From Camelus dromedarius (taxonomy: Eukaryota): 64,000 bases of DNA. Below the pieces are notes generated by a model. It searched no databases. It worked only from the letters and a program-made list of their open reading frames with translations, and was not told the DNA's origin. The position numbers were made by a program, and so were the translations under genes. Within the stretch, counting starts at the first letter, position 1. Every line of letters begins with the position of its first letter. Positions 25,871 to 36,930 of the stretch are shown here, in pieces. The DNA is taken from NCBI RefSeq assembly GCF_036321535.1, contig NC_087464.1, forward strand, positions 12,028,001 through 12,092,000, written 5' to 3'.

Positions 25871-27309
25871 TCACAGCAGCTCCCGGGGGCTCCAAAGATA
25901 AAGCCCAGTGTCCAGAGGTATGAGCAGTGAGTCTAGCTCGTAGGGAGGATTTGCCAGTCCTTATAGACAGGGGAAGGTGCCAGGCTGGTAGCTGGGAGAG
26001 ATTTACAAAGAAGCCCTAATGAGTCATTCTGACACTGCTGGAGGTTTGGTGGCCATACCCGGACACTTAAAGTCAACTCCCAAACTTTGGGAACCTCAGA
26101 GGTGTAACAGAAGGGGCTTTGCTGCTTACAGGAGAATCGCAAAGGAAAGTCGCCCGCCCTATCAATTTACCAGCTCATTTTCTCCAAGTATCTTATGCCT
26201 CCTCGCTTCATTATTTAAGCCACGTTGGCATTTACCAAGAAAGAAGGTGTGAATTAATCCTGCGTATCGCTCCTCTGAGCACAGCCAATATTCTTGTTCT
26301 TGAAATCGGAGACGGGGTATCTAACAAGCGCCCACACTTCACTGGACAGACTCCAAGGTTTCCTGCCCCCTTCTCAGAATCCCTGAAATGCTGCACCCAA
26401 GGGCGTGGTTGCCATACTGTTTGGGAGGCTCACCTGACCTGCTGGGAGTCTTTTCTGAAGTTCCAGTGTTTCCAGCTTCCCCTGCAAACTATCTGAGTGG
26501 TTCAGAAAATGGCCCAGAGCAGGAGGTGGGAGGCAGGGCAAACAGGAGCAGGCAGCCCGGTGATTCCAGGACACAGAAGTCACTCAGAACAGCATTGGTG
26601 GTGGGGTCAGGCAAACCTGGTTGCCATCTTAGCTCCACGTTACTGGCTGTGTGACCTTAGCAAGTGCTGGCACCTCTCTGGGCCTCCACTTCCTCATCTG
26701 CTGATAGGCGGAGTGGCTGTGAGGTTTATGTGACTGTCCCGTGGAGCTCTCTGTACAATGTCAGCCCCTAGGAAAGGGGGTCCCTGGGCCTGTACAGTCC
26801 CCCTGCAGAAGCCCGTCCCCAGCCTGCCCGCTTCCTTCCTTCCTCGCCAGGTTCCAGGAAGCCGACTGCACTAGCCCTTCTGTCTTTCCCCAGAAGAAAA
26901 TTCCTCCCGCTTTAATGGTTAGGGTTGTTTTTCTCTTCCTTCAGTGGGTGTGTGTCTTTCCTGTAATGAGCTGGTCAAACAAACGTGCTCCAGAGACACT
27001 CTGATGAGACCCAGTGGGGACAAGAAGGGGGCTGGAGGAGGGGGAAACAGGGAAGGCAGCGTAGGGGGCACCATTCCAAAACAAGGTGCCATGGAACTGG
27101 CAACCCTAAATTGCATCGATCTTCTGGGCTGCCCTATTCCATTATAGCCTGGCCCCTGCTTGCTGCCTCCTGAGCTCTCCTCCAGCGCTGCTGCCTCCCA
27201 GTTTCTCTCTCACACAGACCACTGTGTTTCCAAGCTTAATCCTTTGGAAATGTGCGCATGCATATTTCCCCCACTGGATGTCATTTTGTTCATCAGTTTT
27301 GGATGGTTC

Positions 27310-27490
27310 TCCTGATTCCCTAGAGCTTGGATTCACGTTGCAACTGACTAGCTGTGTGACTCTGGCCAAGTTACTTAACTGGTCTGTGCCTCAGTTTTCT
27401 CATCTGTAGAATGAAGATAACAATAACATGGACCTCATAGTTTGGCTGGGATGATTACAGGTGCAAACAGAGATGAAGCGATTAGGCTGT
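27310..27490 (+). mobile_element. MIR
   Basis: ctagctgtgtgactctggccaagttacttaac...cctcagttttctcatctgtagaatg. Confidence 0.85.
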
Positions 27491-29319
27491 CGTATTGCAC
27501 ACAGCAGACACGTCAAAAAAATGACGTGCTGTTCCTCTTTGCTGGAGCCAGCCTTCACGGAGAATAGATGTGTGAGGAGCGAGCCCCTGTTTCCAGAAGT
27601 GATGCCCTCTGATTACTCTTCAATGTAAACTCAGACCCTAGATTTCAACGATCAGCAACATTTCCAAAAAAGTAGGCTACTAGACTCAGTTTAGGAAAAA
27701 CAGTACAACTATGTACCATCAGCCTCTTTCAGGAAAGAATAGACATCAATATCCCCAAAAGAAAAAAAAAAGAACATCGCAGAATATAGCAGAGATCTTC
27801 TCAGGAAATGACAGTCGGCAAACTTGAAACTAACATGACTGTTATGGCTATGTTGTGCTTTTTCTTTTTCTTTTTCCTTTTTCTTTTTCCTTTGGGATCG
27901 CTACCCATCTGCAGATCAGCATGGGGAACAGTGACCTCAGGATCATTTCAACCCCCAGCTGTTGACTAAGAGGAAGAGGAGAAATTGTAGTCCTGGGTCT
28001 TAAAAGGGGACCACGAAGCAGAGCTGAGTACCTCCGGGTTCCTCCAATAGTAACAGTGAAGTGCTGGGGAAACTCAGTGACAGCCAAGAGCTTCATCCTC
28101 GCAGAGCAATTTCCCAACTCAAACACACACCCACACGGCAAGGCGGGATGCTGGGTTTCCAAGAGCAGCGAATCAGGATTCCAAGTGCTGGAAGTGTCCG
28201 GAGGAGGAGCTGCTCCCTGCCACGTGTAATACAGATACACGTCTTGTCGGGCACTGCTCTCTCCCTGGTTGGATCACTTCCCTTTGCCGCTGCGAAGCCT
28301 CTGACAGCTGAAGCTAAGAAAATGCTGGGACAAACAGGTCCCGTCAGGACACAGAGTGGCTTCCAAGCTGAGTGACGAATTGCAGGAGACTGGACAGAAT
28401 TTAAAACCAGCCCAGCTGCCACCCAGGAGAGTGACTAATCTCAACACTTAAGGACAAGCCCCAGACCAGCAGTCATTCAGACACAGGACAGTTTCCCCAG
28501 ACACAGATGGTACCCAAGCATCTCACCCCGGGGCTTCTCTTGGATGGATGGACCTGTCCCCAGCCCCTGGAGGGAGGTGGCCAGCTGACACCCCCCCTCC
28601 CGGGGTGGCATTGACCATCCTGCCCCTCCCTCAGTCTTTCCACTATGTCTTTCCATCTGCCTCCCAAACTCTCTTTTGCTTGAGGCAGCGGAGAAATGCT
28701 AGGCTCCTGAACTCATCAAAGGTCCTCGCAGCTGCCACAGTCTCGGCTGATCCATCACGATTGCCTGGTTTGACCAGTGTTAGAAAATCAAGACACCACT
28801 TAAAAGTGCTTCATAAAGAAAATCTTTCTAAAATGACACACATCAACCTAACTTCATATTTCTTTCTCCCTCCTTCAGTATTTCAAACACACAACACATC
28901 CTTTCTGGGGACCATCCCTTGGAAGGACACAGTTGGCCCCAAGTAAGTCTGCTCTTAATGCCAGTGTGGAAGCCCTGAAGGGGATAAAGATGGACAGAGA
29001 GGGCACTTCGTCTCCAGGCAGAAGGTGGGTGGCTGGGGGACTGGCACTATTGGCAGAAGCAGGGCTACAAAGGGCTCTCTGGAGAATAAAGAGCTGGACA
29101 GAGGCTTGCAGGTGGGGCGCTACAGCTTTGCTTTTTATCTGAACTGGCAGCAGGAAACTTACCACTGGGTCCTCCTCTTTTGCAAACTAGAAAGGTCCTT
29201 TCATTCCCCTTGATCTGCTCCCCAACATTCTGAGACAATGACTACTGTGCCCTTAACCGGGCTGTGCCCCCCCATGTTGGATACCCATGCTGGGGAAAGC
29301 AGTGGGCTTTCTGAGCAAG

Positions 29320-29890
29320 TGGAGGAGTATTTAATTGTCAATGGAATAGTGCAGAGCTTTGGGGGCAGAGAGGCTGAGTGTTTACTTTTGCCGTGTGCCA
29401 GGCCTGAGTTTGTTCATTCCAAAAATACTGCATGGGCTCTATTTACTAAAGCATATCCTTATCAACAGGGCTGGGGTTAAGGGAGAAAATAAAATGTAAG
29501 CATTGAGTCCATCTCCATAGGCTGCTGGTATGACAGGATGCTAAGTGTACACACCAGAGGACAGCCATCCCAGACTGTCCAAGGAAGGTCTGAGGTCCTG
29601 GAATGCTTTGCAAAGAAGGTGACACTAGCCCTTAGCCTTGAAGGAGGAGTCAGGGGAAGGACAGAAGGATGGGATGGGGGTCAGGAAGAACAGGGTGTGC
29701 AAGGAGGTTGTTCCAGAAAGGAGTAAGAGCATGTGCAAAGGCACAGAGGCATAAAATCAAGATACATACCAGGGAACTGTGGGCAATACAGAATGGCTGG
29801 AGCCCAGGGAGGCTGAAGAGGGAGGCAGGGACCAGATTATGTATTACCTTGTATGCCACACTAAAAACAATGGGAGCCTTTATAGAATTC
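29320..29890 (-). mobile_element. L2 fragment
   Basis: gagcatgtgcaaaggcacagaggc; gcagggaccagattatg. Confidence 0.6.
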
Positions 29891-32800
29891 CCCTCTCTCT
29901 GAGAAGTATTTATAATTTGCAATTTACAACATCCCCAATTTGTAAAACCTAAAACCTAGCAACCCTGCTTTACAAGGGGAGAGAGGCCCTGAGTGGTGAA
30001 TTGGTTTCTAAGATGGATATCTATTTACAATTTAAATTTGAAGCTAGGAACAGTTGGCAGCAAGGACTTGAGCAAGTCAGTTAAAAACCAGACCTTCTTG
30101 CTGTCCTATTTTATCCTCCAATCATGCTTACGCTTGAGTGAAGTACACTAGGACTGGGGAGAAGAATGGGCATAAAAAGGTTGCATCATCTTAAGCAAAT
30201 ACGTGTTGCTTACAGAGTACCTGGACTGCAAGTCCTCAAGGTCATTTTCTTTCACATCCACCTGGACTCATTCATTAAAAGGTGCACCTCACTTCACCCT
30301 TAACTGATGGCAGTAGCTTCCTGCTCACAAATCTGATGGTCAGAGCTAGCTTCTCCTTGTCCATCGCTTTTCTAGACAGAGTCTGATGTTTGACTGGGGT
30401 GCACCAGGAGCCCTGGCCATGGTGTACTAGGTGGCATCCGTTCTGACCAGTCAGATGTCCATTCTGATAGGTCAGTGCCTGAGAGGGATCGCCTGTTAAG
30501 TATCCTTACTTTCAGCCCTAGTCCAGACTTCTGGATACCCAATCATATGGCATGTAGAAGCGGGGAAGGTGCTTTCAGCTGACATCAGAATCAGGTTTGC
30601 AATGGAATGGGAGTTCTCCACCTTCAGAAGCTTTAGCCCAAGGCCCCACCTACGAGTCTAGGATGCTCAGGCCCATGGCAGGTGAACCTGTCTGGTTAAC
30701 CAGGGGATAGCGCCGTTCTGTCCTCTAGCATCGCACTGAACTTGATGGGACCAGAGGTGGTGCCATTCGTAGGTGATCACTGGGTTGCCATGACAATGAC
30801 ACGTCTTAATGTCTATGAGGAGCTTGGAATAGCCTTCGGTTCATAGCAAGCACTCAATAAGTTAATAAATGTTAACCATCATCATCCTCATCTTCACCAT
30901 GGCCATGATTTCTGTTATTATTACCAGTTACATCCTCCTTAATCAGAGTTCTGTAACTCTTTTATAGTTAGAGGACCTCATTTGGGGAGTTGGCTTACAA
31001 ATGAGGAGACATGTGCAGGCTTTTTGGTCCCTAACGAGCCAGGGTGTGATCTTGGATAAGTGTTGTTACTTCTCAGGGTCAAATTTATCTAAATTGTAAA
31101 AACAGAGGAGGTTCCTTAGGGGGAGACTTACACTCCCTTCCCATCTGAAGGCTCTGTGAGTGTCAGCCTTGCCCAAGGATGCCAAGCGTGTCCATCACTG
31201 GGCCAGACCCCAGAAGGATATTCATTCAATAGGTGTTTCTCGAATGTCTTCTGTGTGTCAAGTTCTGGGGGCACCACGGTGGGCAAGACAGACTTGCCCA
31301 CACTTCTCTCTTGGAGGTTATACTCAAGGCTAAAGCCCAGGGGACAACCAGAAAAAGATTTTAGCTTACAACTTGCTCCAACTGACTCTAAAATTTGGGG
31401 TGCTGCATGAGTTGATGGGGGCTGTTTTACCAAAGCTCCACCCAATCTCTGATTTAGAATTTGAATTCACTCTCTGAGTGCTTTGCAGAGAACTCATCTT
31501 TCTACACTTTTTTTTTCTTGTTCAGCCCCAGGGAGGCATTTCCCCAAGCAAGCAAGTTAGAAATGGAACTTTGAAAATCATCATTTAGGAACAGAGACAT
31601 GACATGTCTCTTAGGAAATAGCCCTGGAAGGAAGCCTGCCCTTCACAACCTGTTATATGATTCCTAGGGCAAGACAGGATCTCTGAGACCACGACATCAA
31701 ACGCCTCATTTTATAGGAAAGAAAATCAAGACCTTAACAAAAGTGTATCTCAGTTTTGCCTCTCCAGACAATATACATGGAATTGTCTTTCCTCTTATAC
31801 TTCTCATTCCTCAATCCACGGAAATTTTACTCCAAAAAGAGATTTCTTCCTTCTTTCCTCCCTTCCTAATAGATCACAAGGTCCCATCATTGCCTTCCAG
31901 AAACAGCCATCCTTTTACAGAAACATCGTTTTCTCCCAAGGACTGACACTGGCAGGTAATTTGCAACCTTCCCCAGCACAGGTCGATATCAAGTTAGGGG
32001 AAGGGTGGGCAGGGCTGGTGCACTAGCATCATGGTCTTGAGTATGATTCCAGGTCTCCCGGAGAGGCAAGGCACACAGTGAGAACAAGAGTCCTACTCCA
32101 GGCGCCCCTCACTGGCCACTGCTCCAGGGCACCTACCGCACTGAGCCCCTGCTGGCTGCACGAAGTTGGTTCCAAGGATTAAATAAGTGACTGAGCTTGA
32201 AACTTGGCTTGTAAGCAGACACAGGGGGCTGTCGGGATTCTGGTCATCTGCCCCATGTCCTTCGTCCCCCAGTCATGGCAAATCCCAGATGAGCTAAACA
32301 TGTGCGGGGCAGACTGTGGGTGGGACTGGAGGAGGGGCTAAGGGAGAAGGGTGTCTCAGCCTGGGGTCAGGACTGGTCAATCCTGGGGTCAGCCTGAGGA
32401 CAGGGGCACCAGAGGGAAGGGTAATGCCACACAAGGTAACACATTTGACTAGTTTGATTATTTTTCCCAGGAGTGGCCCAAGCAGGGACCCCCACCCCTT
32501 CCTCAGTGAAATAGGTCTCAGGGAACACATTCACAGCAGAAGAGCCCTGGGTTTTAAACATATATGTAAGTACCCTTCTTAGCGCAGGCCTTGAAGCTTA
32601 TTTTTCGATACCCTGGTGGAACAACCTAATGTGGGGAGTGGGGGTTTTACAATGCATTTGGCTGGAAAGTGCAGCATTACATGCAAAGTGATTACCTGAT
32701 TGCATTTTAAAAATTTAAAGTCCCTGACATGTAGAAGAAATTGGGTAAAAGTTCAGTCAGCAGACAAGCCAGGGATGCCTGAATGGGTACAGCACTTATG

Positions 32801-34455
32801 TTTTCACAGCAGAATAATGGGCAGCTGCTGGTCCTTCCCTCCCAGGCAAGGTCAGCACGTGGTCGGGCCAGGCAGTGCCCACATCTGGGAGGAGAGTGGA
32901 GGAGCAGAGAGGAAGGCCCTCCCCACTGCGTCCTCCATCACCCCAAGACTTGTCCTTTTCGATTTCCTTTCCCATCCATGTTTTTGAGGCGAACAGCTCC
33001 GGAAAGAAGTGTTTCATCTCCGCGTGGAAGCACGTCGTGCATTAACTGAACAGTATTTGTGAAAGTTTTCTAAGCTCTTGGGGAAACCGAGGAGGAGGAG
33101 GAAGAGGAAGAGGCAGAGAAAGGTGTTCCTGAATAGCAGTGGAGTTTACAGAAGGAATTCTGGGGTTGCCAAGATGGGAAGGGGCAGGCAGAAACGGAGC
33201 GAGCAGGAAGTGGCGCCTGCCCCAGCTTTGAGTGCTGAGGGCCTGGGCATCCGGGACCAGGACTGGCATTTCCCTTTTGAGGGACCTGTCAGCTAAGCCA
33301 GGCCCTTAACTCGCGCTGATAGTGAATGAAATAACAAATGGGACAAAGGAGGGGCGCACGCAGCGCAGGGCTAGCGGAGGGAGCCTGCATCCTTACTAGC
33401 CCCACGGAGGAAGGGACATTGTGCCCACTCCGTGACCTCACTTTCTTCTAGGGCCACAGGGTCTCTCGGAACCCTGGCTGCCTCCTCACCTGCCCACCGC
33501 CGGTTGGAGGCTCTTTGTGGCGCGGAAGCCGAGAGGGGCCCACCCCGCGTGCCGGGGGCTGCTGGGCGCGAGTCTCAGCCTCCGAGACCCACAGCGGGTG
33601 CGTCCCATGCAGCAAGTGCGCCTCCTGGAAGTCCCGCCCGGGCAGGGGCTCGCGGTCCCGCCCCTGGAGAGATCCGGAGAAAAGCGAGGCGAGACTGCCT
33701 GCCTGGGGACCCCAAAGACCAGCGGGCGGCGGTACAGACTTTCCCGAAAGGTCTCTGTCTCCGAGCGGAAAGCGCATGGGAACCCGGGGGCACAGTGGGC
33801 GCCGCAGGGTTATCTGAGCGTCCTGAGCCAGGCGAGGGTGGGGAAGGGATCTCAGCTCACCCCTGCGCGCTCCGCCTCTGGCGGTGCCAGCCCGCGCCCC
33901 AAGGCTGGGCTCCCGAGACAGCGGGAGGCTCGTGTGCGTATCTGTTTGTACTGGGGACACTCCCCTTCCCGAGAACCCGTAAAGATCCCTCTCCGTCCGC
34001 TCCAGCCCGGGGATCCCCTCCCCCAGCGCAGAGATCCCCGCGCGCCCCCTGCCCACTTTGCCAAGGCGAGAAAGCGGCCGAGCCGGAGACAAAGAAACTC
34101 CTGCCTCCTCCACTCTCGGCCCCTCCGCCCGCCCCAGACACTCCCCGGCGCCCTCCCTCGACCCCGGCGACAACGCGCGCGGACGCGCGGGGAAAAGGGG
34201 GGCCGGGTGGGCGAGTCTGCTCCCCTACGCGGGTCAGCTGGAGACTGCCAGTGCTCCTCGCCCGGGGACTCCCCACCGCAGCCGCGCCCCCGCCCTCCGC
34301 TCCCCAAACGGTCCCGGGCCCCGGGCACCGCCACCCCCGGTCAAAATCGTCTCCCACCTCTCCAGCGGAGCGACAGCGGGGCGCGGCGCACACAAAGCGG
34401 GTGTGCGGGGGAATCCGGAGTATCAGGGTGGGGAGAGATCCCGCCAGGGCTCGGC

Positions 34456-34603
34456 NNNNNNNNNNNNNNNNNNNNNNNNNNNNNNNNNNNNNNNNNNNNN
34501 NNNNNNNNNNNNNNNNNNNNNNNNNNNNNNNNNNNNNNNNNNNNNNNNNNNNNNNNNNNNNNNNNNNNNNNNNNNNNNNNNNNNNNNNNNNNNNNNNNNN
34601 NNN
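34456..34603. other. Assembly gap (148 N) in the core of the CpG island
   Basis: Run of N between GC-rich flanks. Confidence 1.
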
Positions 34604-34792
34604 CGCGGGCCGGCGCGAGCAGCTGGGGCTGGAGGGCGCAGCGACAGGCGCCGGAGCCTCCGCGCGCGGCGCACGGCGCGCAGCGGGGCAGACACCCTGC
34701 GCTCCGGGCGAGTCCCGGCCAGCGGCGGCGGCGGCGACAGCGGCAGACAAGGGTTGATCAGGCCCGGCGAGCCCGCTCGCTCCCTCTCAGCT

Positions 34793-34846
34793 CCCGCCCG
34801 CCCGCCCCTCCTCTCCTTTCCCCTCCCCTCCCTTTCCCCCGCCCCG
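34793..34846 (-). promoter_or_regulatory. Sp/KLF GC-box cluster and G-rich tract
   Basis: Minus strand GGGGCGGGGGAAAGGGAGGGGAGGGG...GGGGCGGGCGGGCGGG. Confidence 0.65.
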
Positions 34847-36744
34847 CTCGGGGCTCCGCGCGCAGTTTGACAGCTTTGCTCCGCGCCTCTGCTCGCCTCC
34901 TCCCACCGCAGTCAACTCCAACGTCCAGCCGCCCGCCTTTGCTTCTCCCTCCTGGTTTCTTTCAGCTCCCGAGGGCGCTGGGATGTGGCCGAAGCCTTCC
35001 ACTCTTCGCCTAGGGAGGCCGGGCTCGGGGCACCGCGTGCGTCCGGGTACCAAGCTGAGCCCAGGGAAGAGCGCGCACCGCCCTGGCGTTGCCCGCTGGC
35101 TGGCAAACGCCCTCCCTCGCTCGCTCTTTGTCCAGCGCCCTCGCTTTCTCGCAAAGTTTTTCCGACACAAAGACCAACACCTGGGGACAGCTCCCAGCGC
35201 GTGGCGAAGAGGCGGTTTCAGCCAGGCAGATGTTTCAGCAGTTGACGAATTAGGAGGTGGGGTGGGGGAAGGGGAGTGGAGAAGACACATCCAAGGCAGG
35301 CCAACTTCGGCGGAGATGCAGATTGCAATTTGTGGGCGAGATGCTCGGCCCCTGAGAAACCACCCCCAAGGCATTCATCTTGGTCTCCACTGATAGACCC
35401 AAGGAGATCAGGTCCGGAGAGGCTCCCTGAGTTGCTTGAGGTCATGCAGCCTTGGCTAGAACCCTGGGATCCTGCTGGAGTGGCGGCTCCACCCACAGTG
35501 GTAGACTCAGAGCCCACCCTGCCTGGGACCTCGCGGTGCTAATGCTGAGCTGGGCTTCATCTTTCCAGTTCTTGCCCTCTCCTGGCAAAATCAGTCGCCA
35601 CCCCCACCCCGCCACCACCCCGGGAGTCCTGTCTTGATCGAAAGGTCTCCTACAAAATCTGTCTCCCACAAGGGGTAATGCCCCCCATGTTGAATATTTG
35701 CGACTTCCCCAGCCTTAGATAGTTTAACTCAAATTACATTTTGCACCAACCATTAGCCCGGGGTGAGAAGGGCCCCATTAAGTTTTACTGGAATTAGATA
35801 ATTACCTAAATTTTCTTTTTCTTGCACTTAATTGGAACAATCCTGAAATCAGGAAATGTAACTTCCCAGAAATGATCATCTGGTTTATGAAAGTGTCCTT
35901 GGGGGTTGAATTTGGGGGGAAGAGTTCTGTTTGAGAAGCTCTATGGAAAGGTTTCTCTGGAAAGCACTGGCAAATGAATGGGAGAGGCAGATTGGCTGTG
36001 CCCTCAGGGCCACCCGTACAGAGCCAGACTCAGAGGGGTCTGGAAAGGGGCTGGCAGTGCCTTAGCTCCATCAGAGGGACCCTGGGTTGGTCAGAGGGAC
36101 TTTTTTATTTCCCCACCAAAATACTGCCTGTCCCTCTGCCTCTTTGTATGTAGGAAGGAGGGGCAGGAGGAAGGCTTCCAAGTTAGGGGGCTGCTGGACA
36201 GCTATTGCTGACCCTAAAAGCCAGGATAAGCTCTTCCCTGCAGGAAGAGTTCTCACTTTGCCTGGAGAACAGGAGAGAGAAACAGCACAGAGAAATGGGG
36301 AGTGTGGGGAGCAGGTGTCTTTTCCCCAGAGGTGGGGTATACGAATCCCCAGGACAGCGATTCTTTGTTTCCCTGCCCCTGGCACAAGTCCTGCCCCTCT
36401 GCTCCTCTTACAGTGAGCTCCTTCAGAATACCACATATTTTTCTTGGCATGAGACTTTCTCATGATATTGAGCGCAGTGTTGGATGTCACTCTCCCTGTC
36501 TGTTAGAGGTGGTAACAGACATCAAAACAGGGTTTCCCATCAGAGCAGTTGGCCACGTGGTCGAACTTCCTGTTTCCAAGTTTTCTGGGTGCCTAGATCT
36601 CTCCCTCGGTCTTGTTTGATGAGTGGCTTTGGAGTTGTGGAGTTGTGTTTGTTACCATGTTGTCTTGTGTTTCTGAGATAAATGGTTGGGATATCAGAAA
36701 AGGGAGAGGAAAGACTGGGCTGCAGCTGTCATACTGCTCGATAT

Positions 36745-36930
36745 TTCAATCACTCATTCATTTACTCCATCACTTGGCAATATTTATTGAGCAACTACTC
36801 TGTGCCAGGTTATGCGCTAGGGGCTAAAGCTAGCATAAGAGGAGAGAGACATGGTTCCTGCCCTCTAGTGGCTCACAATTCAGGAGGAAGACAGACCTGC
36901 AAGTAGGTAATTATGGTATGGGATGTGAGC
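36745..36930 (-). mobile_element. L2 3' end fragment
   Basis: attcattcattt...aatatttattgagcaactactctgtgccagg...cctgccctc. Confidence 0.75.
36857..36874 (-). promoter_or_regulatory. Candidate CTCF motif
   Basis: Minus strand GAGCCACTAGAGGGCAGG matches core CCACYAGRGGGCR; motif match only. Confidence 0.45.

Larger units (their letters stand above)
33340..35250. promoter_or_regulatory. CpG island; probable promoter and first exon of an unidentified gene, most likely minus strand
   Basis: Very high GC and CpG density against a CpG-poor background; GC boxes at about 34.8 kb; island extends further to the left, consistent with leftward transcription (inference). Confidence 0.85.

Noticed and set aside
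33432-35013. Long overlapping ORFs (441, 498, 297 and 270 aa) in the CpG island
   Set aside because: They are low-complexity Pro/Arg/Gly/Ala translations, open on both strands because stop codons are rare in GC-rich DNA. Several are extended by reading through Ns, and I recognise no domain.
35175-35194. REST/NRSE-like site CAACACC-tgg-GGACAGCTCC (also half-sites near 30710 and 39028)
   Set aside because: The spacer is non-canonical or one half-site is missing, so sequence alone does not support a call.
8030-35250. Assigning the CpG-island gene a name from recalled ENO1-pseudogene neighbourhoods (e.g. ITGB5)
   Set aside because: I could not find the expected coding exons in the window, so no gene symbol is given.
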